A stretch of 63,802 nt of DNA, filler included, from Collodictyon triciliatum (lineage: Eukaryota), in assembly GCA_043381765.1 (NCBI GenBank). It is 45 parts of 45 records of this genome, joined end to end, with 100 filler letters (N's around TTAATTAATTAA, not from the genome) between each part and the next. Parts side by side here need not be neighbours in the genome. Positions count along the whole stretch, not along the records: positions 61,079 to 62,390 come from JBHJMP010011458.1; positions 62,491 to 63,802 come from JBHJMP010011459.1; 43 more parts are not named here. The stretch is one strand, 5' to 3'. Below are positions 61,769 through 63,802 of the stretch, piece by piece. Below the pieces are notes generated by a model, which saw nothing but the letters and a program-made list of their open reading frames with translations, searched no databases and was not told where the DNA came from. Each line of letters opens with the position of its first letter. Positions within the stretch are counted from its first letter, which is position 1. A program made the position numbers and the translations under genes.

Positions 61769-62276
61769 CTATAAAGTGATTAAATGATATGATGTTAGCT
61801 AAGAAAGGTTAAGCAAGAACGACACAGGAAAGACAATATGGTGAAGAAGTACTTGCAAGATGTTCAAATGATCTAATAAACATACGATGATTTCGAATTC
61901 TGTGCCGTAGGCTCACTGTTCGAATTGAAAATGTTAATAAATGCATTACATATAGAGAGCTAGTATGTCCATGCGTAAGCTCTGTGTGTCTATTTATTTC
62001 GAAAAAAAAATGTAGGATATTCGTTCATTTCCTATCTTAATATCGCCAGTTTCATGTGTATCAACAAGATAAAAATCGAATGGAAAAACCTTGTCTCTTT
62101 TTGTGAGGCACATGGAGAAAGGGAAAAAATATGCACTGTCCCCTTCATACTCGAAACAACAATCCATTGTGTATCCAGACTGAAACAAAGCCCGCATATG
62201 ATAGTCCTATTCCATGGTTGATTTTAGGTAGTAAATATTGAACGAATGCTAAAAACATTCAGAGCCTGTTCGGGTA

Positions 62277-62369
<93 letters not shown>

Positions 62370-62639
62370 AAGGATAAGTTAAAAAAAAATNNNNNNNNNN
62401 NNNNNNNNNNNNNNNNNNNNNNNNNNNNNNNNNNTTAATTAATTAANNNNNNNNNNNNNNNNNNNNNNNNNNNNNNNNNNNNNNNNNNNNGACCGTTTAT
62501 TGTTACCAAAGCTCTTGAAAAGAAGCTAATAGACGCCGTGGAGTACTATGATCAAGTCATCTTTTAATTGGAGAAGACCACATTTATATATTGAAATGCT
62601 TTCTATTGAGAGGAGGATTTTCAATCAAGCATTTCACTT

Positions 62640-63490
62640 TTGGTAGAAAACACAAGCCGCGACCCGTCGAAGGCTTTGCGAGTTGCAGCCAGTTTTTCTG
62701 GTTCCAACGCTGGTGCAGAAAACCCCGAGTTGCACGTAAGTCCAGGAAGACCCGTGCAAGGAAGCCGCCTGCAAGTCTGTCTGAGCAGACAGTATTTTTG
62801 CACGGGGTCGAGCAAGTCGTTTACAACAAGAACAAGGCTCGCAGGCTCACAGATGCGCTCGCCTCCTTCTTGAAAGCGAACAAACTTTGGGAAGATTCCA
62901 TTCAATTGCGCTTACCGGACAGCGAAGGCCTTTGCCTGATCGCCTTCCGCACTACAGAGAACGCCCGAAAGCTTCTGGAACTGAAGCAGGTAAGTTTGGT
63001 TGATATTACGATCAGCTTCAGCAGAAGTAAACCAACAGAGACCTCGGTGATGATCTACCAACTACTGCTGGACGTGTGGCCGCAACTCCTTCGTGAGGAG
63101 CTGAAGCCGTTCAGACCGACCCACGTGGATACAAAAAAGGACAAAGGCTTCTTCACAGACACGGCCGTGGTGAAGCTTCTTTGTCACAAGAACCAGCTCA
63201 CTGCAAAGTTTACGGTCATGGGTAAAAAGTACCCAAAGCGCAACCTCAAATAACGTCCGCCAGCCGCGAATAACGAACGACAAATAAAAGCCCCACAAAA
63301 GAATACACCCGCCAAGCAGACAAGCAGCAACGGGGTCAAGGAGGCCAAGGCCAGGCAACAACAGATTCCACAAGACTCATAGCAGATACGCGCATACAGC
63401 GACAGCGACGATGACATGGAAGGAAATCTCGGTTCCTCTTCAGAATCCTCGCACTCGAGCACTCCACTGCCAACACCGGACAAGACCGCA
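62640..63490 (+). mobile_element. Probable LINE ORF1 (RRM-like, Tx1/L1 type), with stops
   Basis: Intronless TVFLHG...LIAFRTTENARKL...TSVMIYQLLLDV..LLREELKPF...GFFTDTAVV, then a low-complexity tail with in-frame stops. Confidence 0.5.
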
Positions 63491-63802
63491 TAACTGCTAT
63501 CCTGTTACTTTATACACAATCAAAAATCGCGTTGGAATTCGTCACTCGAGTTGAATGATCTGTATGTGTGAAGGAAATCACATTTTTTTTTTTTTTAATA
63601 ATTTTTGACTTTTTCTCTACTGATGTCCAAGAAGAAAAACCAGTGTGAAATTTATCAGGACTCTGCGCCGTTTCTCTTCAACTCACGCAACTTGACGGGC
63701 GGCTTTGGATAATTATTTTATACTTTACAAGCAGTTTGATAAAAAAAACCTTTAATTATGTAGGTGTAAGAGTAACCTATATGCTGGCGGCATGGAACCG
63801 TC

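Overview
This is not one locus. It is 45 unplaced contigs of about 1.31-1.33 kb, joined by artificial 100-bp spacers (N44-TTAATTAATTAA-N44), so adjacency across spacers means nothing. Most contigs end in microsatellites or homopolymers. The source is an intron-rich, mostly AT-rich eukaryotic microbe, probably flagellated (IFT57); the COX16 fragment implies respiring mitochondria but lies on a partly GC-rich contig. Two contigs are much more GC-rich than the rest. Recognisable gene fragments: Nudix-like, FG-GAP, GCR1/cAR-type GPCR, SAMHD1-like, GPS-TM, COX16, RRM, soluble-type adenylyl cyclase, TKL pseudokinase, Rab, ADH pseudogene, LRR, PB1, GCC2/GCC3 repeats, U-box, ABCG, NIDO, IFT57, SETD7-like and ATG18/WIPI, plus many L1/Tx1-like retrotransposon pieces. 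Highlights: (1) a decayed Fanzor (eukaryotic TnpB) followed by a candidate omega-RNA with clear nested stems; (2) a protein with Ig-like, cohesin and dockerin modules in one chain; (3) an intronless head-to-head gene pair that looks viral; (4) LINE copies showing a 5' inversion and an internal deletion; (5) a 12-bp minisatellite open in several reading frames. All calls come from manual translation and motif recognition; no searches were run.
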